Positions 16,701 through 24,700 of a stretch of DNA of 40,000 nt are shown here, piece after piece. Source of the stretch: Gammaproteobacteria bacterium (GTDB taxonomy: Bacteria; Pseudomonadota; Gammaproteobacteria; Pseudomonadales; Azotimanducaceae); NCBI GenBank assembly GCA_026706385.1, contig JAPOYV010000086.1, positions 17,985 through 57,984 on the forward strand, in the 5' to 3' direction. The notes beneath the pieces were generated by a model. The model made no database searches, was not told where the DNA came from, and saw only the letters and a list, made by a program, of their open reading frames with translations. The translations under genes were made by a program, and so were the position numbers. Within the stretch, counting starts at the first letter, position 1. Each line of letters starts with the position of its first letter.

Positions 16701-19172
16701 GCTCGCCTTGGGCGCTAGCAACTCGACCCGCTCGCAGATCTCGGCATCGCCGCGGCAGTCCACGCGCAGCATGGTCCCAGCCGCAACGTAGCCGTCGGTG
16801 GTCACCGTGGCTTCGACCTCGAAGGGCTTACCCGGCTCCGCCGCGACGGCGGCGTTCGTGCCGACGGCGAGTAGTGGCGTAGAAGGCCCGCGGATCACCG
16901 TCCAAGCCAACGCGGCACGCGGCGTGTCGGTGCGCGCGTACTTCGGTACCACCTTGAGCCGGTACGTGCCCGGCAGGGGATCGCGGAGAATCAGCCACTC
17001 GACGTTGTCCTTGGTCGACCGGGACGCGGCGTTGCCGCACGCGGCCGGCTGCGACGGCGCGCAATCCGCGTCGCGATCGACCCAAAGGTCGAGGTCGTTG
17101 ACCACCGTCGAGGCCAACGTGTCGGCCGGCTGCTCGTCCCACGTCATCACGATGTCCAGTCGGCTGGCTCCTGCCGGAACCTCGATGTCGCGGTAGCCGT
17201 ACTCGTCGTCCCCGACCTCGATGACCGCGGCGCCGCCGAACCAGCCGTCGGCCTCGTCGCGATTCAACACGCTGGTGCGTGCCGAGACCTTGCCGAGACC
17301 ATAGCGGTGCTGCAGCGGTCCGGGGCCATCGCTATTGTGCAGCGGGAACTGGGTCACATCGTCCAGGAACGCATCCGGGCGGATCGCGCTGGCCATCAGC
17401 CTGGCACGCACCGCGGCCGGCTGTTCGCGGTATTCCGGCGCCGCATCCATCAACAGCGCGGCCACGCCGGCAACCGCGGGCGACGACATGCTGGTGCCGT
17501 TGAACCGCACGTAGCCCGACCGCCTGCCTTCGCCGCGGGGCGAGTCGATGCTCACACCCGTCCCCACCACCTGCGGCTTCAGGCGGCCATCCGCAGTTGG
17601 GCCATGGCTGCTGAAACTGGCGAGATCGCCGCCGTCCTCGACGGCACCGACGGCGAGCGAGTTCTTGGCGCTCGCGTAGTCGCTGTACGAGATGAAGCCG
17701 CCATTGGACTGCGATACGACGTAGAGCTGGCGGTTGTTCCAGACAGTCGCGTCGAGCTTGCGCTCGGTCGCGCTCTTGCCGTCCCACTCGGGGAAGTTCC
17801 GGCTCAAGCTCATGTTGACCACGAGCGGGCGAACGGCAGGCGTCGTGGCCGGGCCGCAGGTGCTCTGCTCCGCCATGAAGTCCATGCCCCGCATGATGCC
17901 GACCAGCGAACCGGTACCAAACGTGGTCAACACCTTGGCGAAGCGGATGTCCTGGACCAGCGGGGCCACACCGGCGTGTTGCGGTCCCCCGGTCCCGTTG
18001 CCGGCCAGCGTGCCCGTCACGTGGGTACCGTGCAGACCGGCATCGACCCACAGATCCTGATCCTCCTCACGGTCAAAGAAGGAGAAAAAGGTGGCGAAAT
18101 TCGCCCCGCAGATGCTTCGTCGGCCCGTGCCGATGTCCTCGTGGCGGATGTTCAGACCCGAATCCATCACCCCGATCGGCACCGATCCGCCGCCGATCCC
18201 GGAGAAGAGGCCCGTGCCGCTTTCGTACGTCCGCAAGGCATCCGCGCCCATGGCCGGCACCGCCGAGGCGTGACTCGCCTTGACCAGACCGACCGGCTCG
18301 ACGGCGAGCACGAAGTCGGCGGCCGCAACAGTGTCGAGAACGGCCACCGGAAAGTTGGCGGGATAGACGCGGATACTCGGGTCGAAGCGGCCCACCACGC
18401 CCCCCAAGTCGGTCAACGCCTGTCGGAAACGTCCGTCGGGATCGTCGTCCATCAAGGTGACGAACGTCGGCACCAGGCCATCCACGGCCCGGAAGCCCGC
18501 ATTCTGGTCGCTTGGCTCGAAGAGCTTGGCCGGGAGCGGCGTCGGGCCTAAGCCAGCGACGCCCGGAATCGCAGCGATCTCTTCGAGGCGCGCGATGTCG
18601 CCCGGCAAACGCGTCCGCAGCAGGGTCCCCGATGCACCGAGGACCTCTGCGCCCGCCGCGCTCAAGCGCCCGATCAACGCGGCCCGGTCGGTATCGGCGT
18701 TGATGGCAACCCAGCCGAAGGTCCAATCGCGGCCTGCCGCCATGGCTTGGCCGGCTAGACCGCGCGCGCCGGTCCCGGTGTCCAGCCAGGGTTGATCGGC
18801 AATGGGATCCGGGGGCGGGGCGACATCGAGTGGCGTCATTCGCGCGGTGGACATCTCGCCGTGGAACGCGGTGAACTCGAAGCCGTCGGGTGGGTTCGAT
18901 TCCACGCTCGAATGAGCACCCGGAACAAAACCAGGCGGCGCTTCAACCGGTTCGATTGCGTCGCGAGAGGCAACGTCGCCCGTGCTCTCTGCCGCGATTT
19001 GCGCGACGGCGGCCGCAGTAGCCTCAAGCGCGACGTCAGCGGTCTCCGCCGGTTCACGGTCATCGGTATCGGGACTCGAGCCCGGCGCCGTCGTGGTCAC
19101 CCACCACGCCGCGACAAGCGCCACGACGCCGATCGAACCAATGCCGCACGCGACCTTTGACGCCTTGTTCAT
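13755..19172 (-). CDS. Giant secreted subtilisin-like serine protease (peptidase S8) with 4 tandem NDxF/WxWxAP modules and a C-terminal beta-propeller
   Basis: Start MNKASKVACGIGSIGVVALVAAWWV (ATG 19172) has AAGGAG 7 nt upstream. Catalytic triad motifs are GVMDSGLN (Asp), HGTHVTGTLAG (His) and NGTSMSSPAVAGVAALL (Ser). Four modules of 123-157 aa follow, then lactonase-like propeller blades (DGSELYVATESGLQVYS, DEFLYVATEQALQVFL, DGRHIYASAPRGIMIFE). Confidence 0.9.
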   Translation of the reverse strand: MNKASKVACGIGSIGVVALVAAWWVTTTAPGSSPDTDDREPAETADVALEATAAAVAQIAAESTGDVASRDAIEPVEAPPGFVPGAHSSVESNPPDGFEFTAFHGEMSTARMTPLDVAPPPDPIADQPWLDTGTGARGLAGQAMAAGRDWTFGWVAINADTDRAALIGRLSAAGAEVLGASGTLLRTRLPGDIARLEEIAAIPGVAGLGPTPLPAKLFEPSDQNAGFRAVDGLVPTFVTLMDDDPDGRFRQALTDLGGVVGRFDPSIRVYPANFPVAVLDTVAAADFVLAVEPVGLVKASHASAVPAMGADALRTYESGTGLFSGIGGGSVPIGVMDSGLNIRHEDIGTGRRSICGANFATFFSFFDREEDQDLWVDAGLHGTHVTGTLAGNGTGGPQHAGVAPLVQDIRFAKVLTTFGTGSLVGIMRGMDFMAEQSTCGPATTPAVRPLVVNMSLSRNFPEWDGKSATERKLDATVWNNRQLYVVSQSNGGFISYSDYASAKNSLAVGAVEDGGDLASFSSHGPTADGRLKPQVVGTGVSIDSPRGEGRRSGYVRFNGTSMSSPAVAGVAALLMDAAPEYREQPAAVRARLMASAIRPDAFLDDVTQFPLHNSDGPGPLQHRYGLGKVSARTSVLNRDEADGWFGGAAVIEVGDDEYGYRDIEVPAGASRLDIVMTWDEQPADTLASTVVNDLDLWVDRDADCAPSQPAACGNAASRSTKDNVEWLILRDPLPGTYRLKVVPKYARTDTPRAALAWTVIRGPSTPLLAVGTNAAVAAEPGKPFEVEATVTTDGYVAAGTMLRVDCRGDAEICERVELLAPKASGALREDAVNRTLAGESGDAIALGEVAVGEQQTVKLVFKQLPSAARFRLFLTASAWNATSASASVDVAIGSSDVPATPATTPPANDHFAAATELAGDAGSLDFDLILATPEPGEPAFTQGLLDDYGRYQSQRRPRSLWYRWKAPTTDLVRFAIPGSGEGIGDDIQLDVFEAHGLGMSDLEHIAAKFGGGLTFAARRGQTYAVRLAVTRAQLFEYGAAGEGPIRRRPVVPLSLHWQRASLPANDNFELATELGGESGEYAGSNLSATEQVGERLQPMAASTWHRWTAPADGDYGFRVDRRHLNVTAFTGDAVDQLRLVSGEPGDAAVFPARAGEAYTIAVAAHSAYTSGSDYILTWGPEQRDFGSNDDIANAEPMFGAPAFFHFGLADLSSATVEPGEPIESGVRTAWWTWRAPLTSRYTWRAAALFDETLALSIVEVGDRLVALGESSGDRQTEQLVSFDAVAGRQYLISAGLPIDQGFVPTIPGPISFEWGPTPSNDELASAGAMAGVSGTVVGSNLFATVSAGEPVGLLGDSSVWWTWDVPESRWYRVALADRFGASVVSAFEIHSDGTLAPEPVAVSRRLPDPILIFRAEAGERYALRVGTDGTARGGEFALSWAPNGSPTWLKYAGAVADGDFDPGGSILDLASPDSIALNDDGSELYVATESGLQVYSRRAGTGALSHMQTLDGVDDSAVLFWDTHGSAVIAVACSGVRKFATDEAGAGLDEGMEIAGVVPCIAGELPPGTVLRDASGTFVHFVGAFGIVTLRFNEERTAVELVGGVPIFGVTAAALGGTDEFLYVATEQALQVFLRDVATGALAPISAHASMDVPLTLLLAERSGRYLFGVTEERGVAAFDLADPTAPALIAQSAGVEPEFDPFIVVDDRSSFIGFGEPVCAFADTRQRTMTVDVLCRDLALARRLMPGDPSLRQEELLNPGGVDAFDNNLPYFSFDRGLAATPDGRHIYASAPRGIMIFERAGSR

Positions 19173-19283
19173 CGAGCAACTCCTTGCGGACTGTGTGGAC
19201 GGACCTATCGAACGCGGATGTGGAGAGGAGTACTTGCTTGTCCTAGCCATTCGATAAGACAAAAAAGTTAATTTAAACAAGCA

Positions 19284-19289
19284 ATTATA
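19284..19289 (-). promoter_or_regulatory. Perfect TATAAT (-10) on the minus strand inside an AT-rich tract upstream of the S8 protease gene
   Basis: Plus-strand attata (19284-19289) is TATAAT on the minus strand. It lies about 110 nt upstream of ATG 19172 within aaaaaagttaatttaaacaagcaattatag. The best -35 candidate, TGAACA (19314..19309), has a 19-nt spacer and lies inside the inverted-repeat region. Confidence 0.35.
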
Positions 19290-19296
19290 GTTCGTT

Positions 19297-19309
19297 CCGC
19301 TAATCCGCT
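19297..19309. repeat. Inverted repeat, left core
   Basis: ccgctaatccgct is a CCGCT pentamer doublet and the exact reverse complement of 20627-20639. Confidence 0.9.
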
Positions 19310-19332
19310 GTTCAGGAAACTATCACGGCCTT

Positions 19333-20436
19333 TCAGGCCCGCGCAAGCGCTTTTTGCGCTTTTTTGTCGGCTCTTCTGTCAGCCTTTCTCGCGCGTTTCG
19401 CGTCCTTGCGCCGGCGCTTCCATTCCCGTCTCGTGACGCCCGACTCGCACAGTAGCGCCGACATCGTCGCGCGGCGGCGCAGCGACAGCGAAACCGCGCC
19501 GTATCGCAGGCAAGCGACCGCCCCGCTCGCGGCGTCCTGCTCGCGCGTGTAGCGCGCCACCGTGTCAGCCCGCGTCCAGCGTCCCGCCGCCATCAGGTCC
19601 ACGATCGTCGCGCCGGCAGCACGCAACGACTGCGCGGCCCCCACCCGCAGCGAGTGTCCGGACACGCGCCCGCCGATCCCTGCGTTCTCGGCGCACCGTT
19701 TGACGATGCTCCGCACGCTACGCACTGTCAGCCGCGTGTCGGCAGCGCGCCCGGCCTTGTTCACCGGGCGGAACAGGGGCCCGTCCGTGATGTCCGCCAC
19801 CTTCAGCCATCGACGTGCCAGCCGCGCCGTCTCCTCGCCGGCGTAGAACACGACGCCCCGTCCCTCCTGGTCCGTCTTGCTGCGCCGCACGTACACGCGC
19901 AGCCAGCCGTCGGCGAAGGCGATGTCCGACACGTCGAGGGCCACGGCCTCGGCCCCGCGCAGCAGACAGTCCGACATGATCCGGACCAGCAGCGCGTCGC
20001 GCAGACCGCCCGTGCCGCGTTGTTCCGCCAGTTCCGCCATGCGGTCCGCCTGCTCCCAGGAAATGCCCTCGACCTGCCCGAGCCCGCGGCCCGCCCCGGC
20101 GCGCCGGTAGCCGCACAGCGTCTGCCGCGTCCGCTCGCCCGCCGGACATGCGACGCCCGTCCGTCTGGCCCGGTCCTTCAGGGCCGCGACGACGGCCTCT
20201 GCGGAGGCGGCTGCGAGACCCCTGTCGAACAACACGCCGAGGTAGTTTGCCAGCGCCGTGTCGGTCTCGCGCTCGCTCCCGCGCCAGTCGTCGAATGCCC
20301 GCGCGGCGCGGTCGTAGGCATCGCGCGTGCTCTGCTCAAGTGCCTTTTCGGCGAGGTACGTCGCCGTGTCGTGGGCGTTGCTGTCGATGGTGTAGCTGCT
20401 GTCTGCGGGCCACTCGGCCCCGACGAAATCCGCCAT
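19333..20436 (-). CDS. Tyrosine site-specific recombinase (Cre/XerD-like) with a Lys/Arg-rich C-terminal tail
   Basis: Start MADFVGAEW (ATG 20436) has AAGGA 5-6 nt upstream. Catalytic boxes are LLRGAEAVAL (Arg), GHSLRVGAAQ (HxxR) and GRWTRADTVARYTRE (Tyr), which resemble Cre GHSARVGAA...W...NY. The tail reads TRREWKRRRKDAKRARKADRRADKKAQKALARA. Confidence 0.85.
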   Translation of the reverse strand: MADFVGAEWPADSSYTIDSNAHDTATYLAEKALEQSTRDAYDRAARAFDDWRGSERETDTALANYLGVLFDRGLAAASAEAVVAALKDRARRTGVACPAGERTRQTLCGYRRAGAGRGLGQVEGISWEQADRMAELAEQRGTGGLRDALLVRIMSDCLLRGAEAVALDVSDIAFADGWLRVYVRRSKTDQEGRGVVFYAGEETARLARRWLKVADITDGPLFRPVNKAGRAADTRLTVRSVRSIVKRCAENAGIGGRVSGHSLRVGAAQSLRAAGATIVDLMAAGRWTRADTVARYTREQDAASGAVACLRYGAVSLSLRRRATMSALLCESGVTRREWKRRRKDAKRARKADRRADKKAQKALARA

Positions 20437-20626
20437 GTCGTTCCTTCTCGTTCGTTTGTACCACCGATGCACGGGTCGCCTTGGCCGAACGGCAGGCCGG
20501 ATTCCGGCCATCGGCATTGTGCGTACGTATTCGCACGTATCCGAACGGAATGCAACGGGCGGCTGCGCTGCCGGGGGCTCGTCGCCGGGCCGGCCGCCCG
20601 TCTCCTAGTCGGATTGGTTCCCCTGA

Positions 20627-20639
20627 AGCGGATTAGCGG
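20627..20639. repeat. Inverted repeat, right core
   Basis: agcggattagcgg is the exact reverse complement of 19297-19309. Confidence 0.9.
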
Positions 20640-20787
20640 GAGCTACAGCTCCGACACCGTCGAGGTTGGAGTCAATGCCGCTTTCTTGGGCACTGGCGTA
20701 GCTGCGCGCGACGCAAACCGGTCGGTTCGAACCGGCCCTAACGGTACGGAAGCGGCCACCCAAACAGGTCGCAAAAGGAGAAATGAC

Positions 20788-21279
20788 ATGCGAGAGCGCA
20801 ACCGAGGACGAATACGCTTGGCAGCGGGGTTCGTTTACATGGCGGTATTCGGGCTTTTCGGATCACCATCTGCCCCGTTAGTGGGCGGCATTGCGACGGT
20901 TGGACAGGACGCCGCCGCAGACGAACGTCCGACCATGTATGGCGACCCGTATTGCGAGCTTTTGCCCGATGGCTGCTATGACTACTACCAGGACAGTGAT
21001 GGTGATGGCTTCCGGGACGAGCAGGATGGCTGCCCCTTCGAGTACGGGACGAACGGGGGTTGCCCGAATCCACCCTCCAACCCGCAAGACGACTGTACCT
21101 CCGCTGCGAACATGTGGATGGCCGGCGGAACTGCGGTAGCGGGCGCGGGTGCGATGTCCTTGATGGCTCCTACGACGACCGCAGGCGACGGGCTGGCCGG
21201 TCTCGCTGCAGTAGGTGTAGGAACGGCGGCGGCCACGGCTGGGGCGCTGACTTACTTCGCGTGCATTATCATATTCTAG
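20788..21279 (+). CDS. Small secreted/membrane-anchored Cys-rich protein with a thrombospondin type-3-like Ca-binding repeat and a Gly/Ala-zipper C-terminus
   Basis: AAGGAG lies 7 nt upstream of ATG 20788. The protein has an N-terminal signal/anchor (RIRLAAGFVYMAVFGLFG) and DSDGDGFRDEQDGCP, which fits DxDxDGxxDxxDxCP. It has six Cys and ends in the hydrophobic tail AGGTAVAGAGAMSLMAP...AGLAAVGVGTAAATAGALTYFACIIIF. Confidence 0.6.
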   Translation: MRERNRGRIRLAAGFVYMAVFGLFGSPSAPLVGGIATVGQDAAADERPTMYGDPYCELLPDGCYDYYQDSDGDGFRDEQDGCPFEYGTNGGCPNPPSNPQDDCTSAANMWMAGGTAVAGAGAMSLMAPTTTAGDGLAGLAAVGVGTAAATAGALTYFACIIIF

Positions 21280-21280
21280 T

Positions 21281-21484
21281 GTGGAAAACGGGAGTTGGCT
21301 GGTGACAGGCGCACTGTTGGCTACGTCCATCTTGTTCGCCGCGGGCGTTAGCGTTTATGCCGCCCAGCGGTGGCTGTCAGCACATCGGCCCGAGCGGAAA
21401 CGCACGTTCTGGTGGGCATTCTCGGTCGGGGCCGCGGGTTCCGCCATCGGACTGAGTGCGCTCATAGCCTACATGGTCACGTAG
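21281..21484 (+). CDS. Two-TM miniprotein (67 aa)
   Basis: A GTG start lies 1 nt after the preceding TAG. The two hydrophobic helices are LVTGALLATSILFAAGVSVYA and FWWAFSVGAAGSAIGLSALIAYMV. The exact start is uncertain. Confidence 0.4.
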   Translation: MENGSWLVTGALLATSILFAAGVSVYAAQRWLSAHRPERKRTFWWAFSVGAAGSAIGLSALIAYMVT

Positions 21485-21714
21485 GCATCTCGGCGGTTGT
21501 TCCTCGCCGGTCTGGGTAGAGCCGCGCACGCCGGGCACAGAGAATCGCTGTCGGACGAGATGGCGGGGTGCCTCTCTGGAAACTCGTGCGCGGCTCAACA
21601 ACGGTCGTGCCGAGGACACTAGGCAGTGTCAATCCGTTTCTGACAGTCGAGGTTGGCGACCGTGGCGAGCCGCCGGCGTCCACCCAAACGCGTCGCCGAC
21701 GGAGTCTGGTCCGG

Positions 21715-24700
21715 ATGCATGGTGCGCTTCGAGGCTGGTTAGCTATTGGAAAGGCCGAACTCCGGTCGTCGGGCCGGTTGACCCGGACTTGGCTGTTTGT
21801 GCTGGCTGGTGTCGCCGCCGGGTTTCTGGGCCATGTTGGTCTAACGGTCTTTCACGCATTCTCGTCCGGTCAGTCTCCATCTCTTGGCCTGCTCCGGCCG
21901 CGATTCGTGAGCGGTGAAGGCGGGACGTTCCTACTAAGACTGTTCGTTGTTGCCCTGGTCTTTCTCGCATTCGACGTCCGCGTGCGGGATCAAAGGGCTC
22001 GGATAGTCGACGCCATAGACTCTCGACCCTTCGGCAATCTGGCTCTCTTAACCGGGCGATGTGCCGCCCTCGTACTTTTGGCGTGGCTGCCGATGGCGCT
22101 TCTGGTTTGCCTGTGCGAGATGTTCGGTGTCGCGGCTGAGCACCTTGGTCTGCCGTTCGGTGAACGCCTAGACTTTGACTCAACAGCGGCGTTGCTCCTG
22201 GTCGACGCGCCGGCCATGCTCATGATTTGGTGCGCGCTGGTTTTCTTGCTCTCGGTTGCGCTCCAAAACAGAGCGGTAGCTGCGACCGCTGCCTTGGCCT
22301 TACTTGCTGCCCATTGGTGGGCGCTGTCGGTGCTACCTAGCCATCTTTTGGTCGCGTTCTCTGGGACAGTGGGGTCAACGGCGATGCCGTCTGACATGGT
22401 ACCGGCCTCTGCTACCGCGCGTGATCTGACGCAGCGCTTGGGCCAACTAGTGCTCGCTGTTGGATTCCTGATCGTCGCAGCCGTTTGCCATCCGCGTCCC
22501 GACGACGTGTCCCCGGGTCGTCGGTTGGTCGTGGGTTCCACCCTAGTGGCGACCGGCGCTACGATCATCGGCCTTTTGGCCTGGCTAGCCACCGAGGATC
22601 TGGCAAGACGCGAAAGTTGGCGTAGCGTCCACGAAAGACGGACTGGCGAGCCGCTGCCGGATGTCGAGCGAGTAGAAGGCCGAGTGTTGGTGGATCCAGG
22701 TGTACGTCTCGGACTCGATCTGCGCTACCAACTGCGGGCGAAAGACCAGCCCTTGACCGAGTTGGTAATGACTTTCAATCCCTCGATGCGAGTGGTCGGC
22801 CTTACAGTTGATGGTCAAGTTGCGCAGTACTCACACAGGTCGGGTGCCTTGGACGTGGAACTACAGGAGACTCTCAGGCCAGGAGATGGTCTAACATTGG
22901 GGTTACGCGCGGAGGGAGTCCCGGCCCCGGACTTTGGCTATCTGGATAGCCCAATCGACGTGGCGCGTCTCCCGGGAACGTCAAGTCGCCTGAGACTGTT
23001 GGGCAGCCGGGTTGGAGTGTTCACTGACGAATACGTCGCGCTCATGCCCGGAATGCATTGGCTGCCGACGGTCGGCGCCGCGGTACCCGTGGATGGTCGA
23101 AACACCCGCGGCCCAGACTTTTTCGTCCTAGACCTCGAGGTGCGGACGCCCAAGGAGTGGCGCGTTGCCGGTCCTGGTCGCCGCGAGGGCACAGCAGGCC
23201 GTTTTCGATTCCGGCCCCAGGCGCCGTTGTCGGCGGTGGCGTTGCTGGCGGCACAGTTTGAGCGTCGGACAACAGACATCCAAGGAGTAGAGCTGGAACT
23301 CTTGAGCCTGGCGAACCAGAGACGCAACATCCTGTTGTTCGCCGACGCTTTCGCCAGCTTGCGCGACTACGCAGAGCGTGTCCTGCGGGAGGCGAACTCG
23401 CACGGTCTCCCCTTTCCGTACGGCGGCTTGAGCATCGTGACCGTGCCCGCGGAACTGCGAGCTTTCGGTGGGGGGTGGCGAATGGCCTCTGTGCAGTCGC
23501 TGCCAGGAATCCTTCTGCTACGCGAATACGGCTTTCCATCGTCCCGGTTCGAGATGCTGTTTGCCAACCATGATCGTCCATCTGGCGACACTCGGTCACA
23601 AGCAGTCAAAACAGCAGCTTTGAAACGATATTTCAGCAATGACATCTCCGGCGGAAACCTCCATGCGGGGGCAATGCGCAACCTGTTCTCGTTCCAAACG
23701 CGTGCCGTTGGGGAAGGTGCCTTGGCGTTGAGTTTCGTGCTGGATGAGCTTGTACAAAGAATGCTCACAGCGTCGGGCGATAGTTATTACTCGCCGTTCG
23801 CGCTGGCCGAGAGCGGGAGTTCTATCTTGGCCCGCGCATTCGCCGACGCGTCCGGTGCTGGCGGTGCGGTCGCCTCGAATGCTAAGGCGACCGCGATTGG
23901 CCGCACTGCCGTGTGGGAACGAGCACGTGAGACGCCATTGGCCTCACTCGACCCGACCGTTGATCCGCAAACCGTTCTGGACGTCCTCTGGCTCAAGGGC
24001 CCGACCTTGGCTCAGTCCATTCTGGACGCATGTGGCGACGAAGTCGTTGGTCGCACACTGGCTCAGTTACTCAACCGTTACCGGGGACGGACGTTCACGG
24101 TAGAGGACTTCTTATCCGTCGCATCTGAACAAGGCATGGACTTGGAGTCAGCCGTTGGCGACTGGTTGCACCAGACGGGCTTGCCCGGATTCAGCGCGTC
24201 AGTGCCGTCGGTTGCGCGTATCCGCGACCGTGTAGACGGATCGCCCCAGTTTCAGTCACGCATTCACGTTCGGAACGCCGAACGAACGCCTGGGGTCATA
24301 CGGCTGCGGGCCCTCGTGCACGGGTCTGAGGGGAGCCGGACGGTCTCCCGGTGGACGGATCCCAAGCTGGTCGGTGGGGGAGATTCAGTAGAGATTGGAC
24401 TGGTGACCGCGCGGCCGCCCGAGGAACTGTGGCTGCACCCAGTCCTCTCGCTCAATCGCAGGCCATTCAGGGTGCATACGCCCCGCGCTCGCGTATACGT
24501 ACACTCTTCCGACAGGCCATTTCGGGGCTCGCGACCAAGCGATTGGGTGCCGCCGGCAATGCCGGGAGTGGTAGTCGACGATTTGGACAGTGGATTCGCG
24601 ATAGTAGATGTGAGCCTGCGCCGACGGCGGCTCGGCGAAACGCTCAGGCCCAACTCCCTGGAGGGCGAACCAGTGACTCGTTTTCCTGCCTACTGGGAAC

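Larger units (their letters stand above)
19286..20651. mobile_element. Tyrosine-recombinase unit bounded by inverted repeats (candidate invertible segment or IR-bounded mobile unit)
   Basis: Perfect 13-nt IR ccgctaatccgct (19297-19309) / agcggattagcgg (20627-20639) shows imperfect similarity extending both outward and inward. The only gene inside is the recombinase. Confidence 0.5.

Noticed and set aside
19173-19280. Longer S8 protease start at 19280 (MFKLTFLSYRMARTSK...).
   Set aside because: It begins inside the AT-rich promoter-like tract and lacks an RBS. ATG 19172 has AAGGAG at ideal spacing and begins directly with a signal/anchor sequence.
20727-20744. GGTCGGTTCGAACCGGCC, reminiscent of a tRNA T-arm (GGTTCGAA) and therefore of a possible tRNA-derived att site.
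   Set aside because: It is a simple palindrome (cggttcgaaccg). The flanks do not give a 5-bp T-stem with a 7-nt loop, an acceptor stem or CCA. No other tRNA features are nearby.
19654-20787. First 378 codons of the 541-aa plus-strand ORF 19654..21279.
   Set aside because: They are antisense to the tyrosine recombinase gene and cross the intergenic region and the right inverted repeat. Only the last 163 codons, behind a strong AAGGAG RBS, look like a gene.
21620-21650. TGTCA-N9-TGACA inverted motif upstream of the 1128-aa gene, superficially like the TGTCAA operator at 2369-2427 and the TGTCA repeats at 26400-26441.
   Set aside because: Only 5 bp pair. The motif is too short to distinguish from chance, and I have no evidence linking the three sites.
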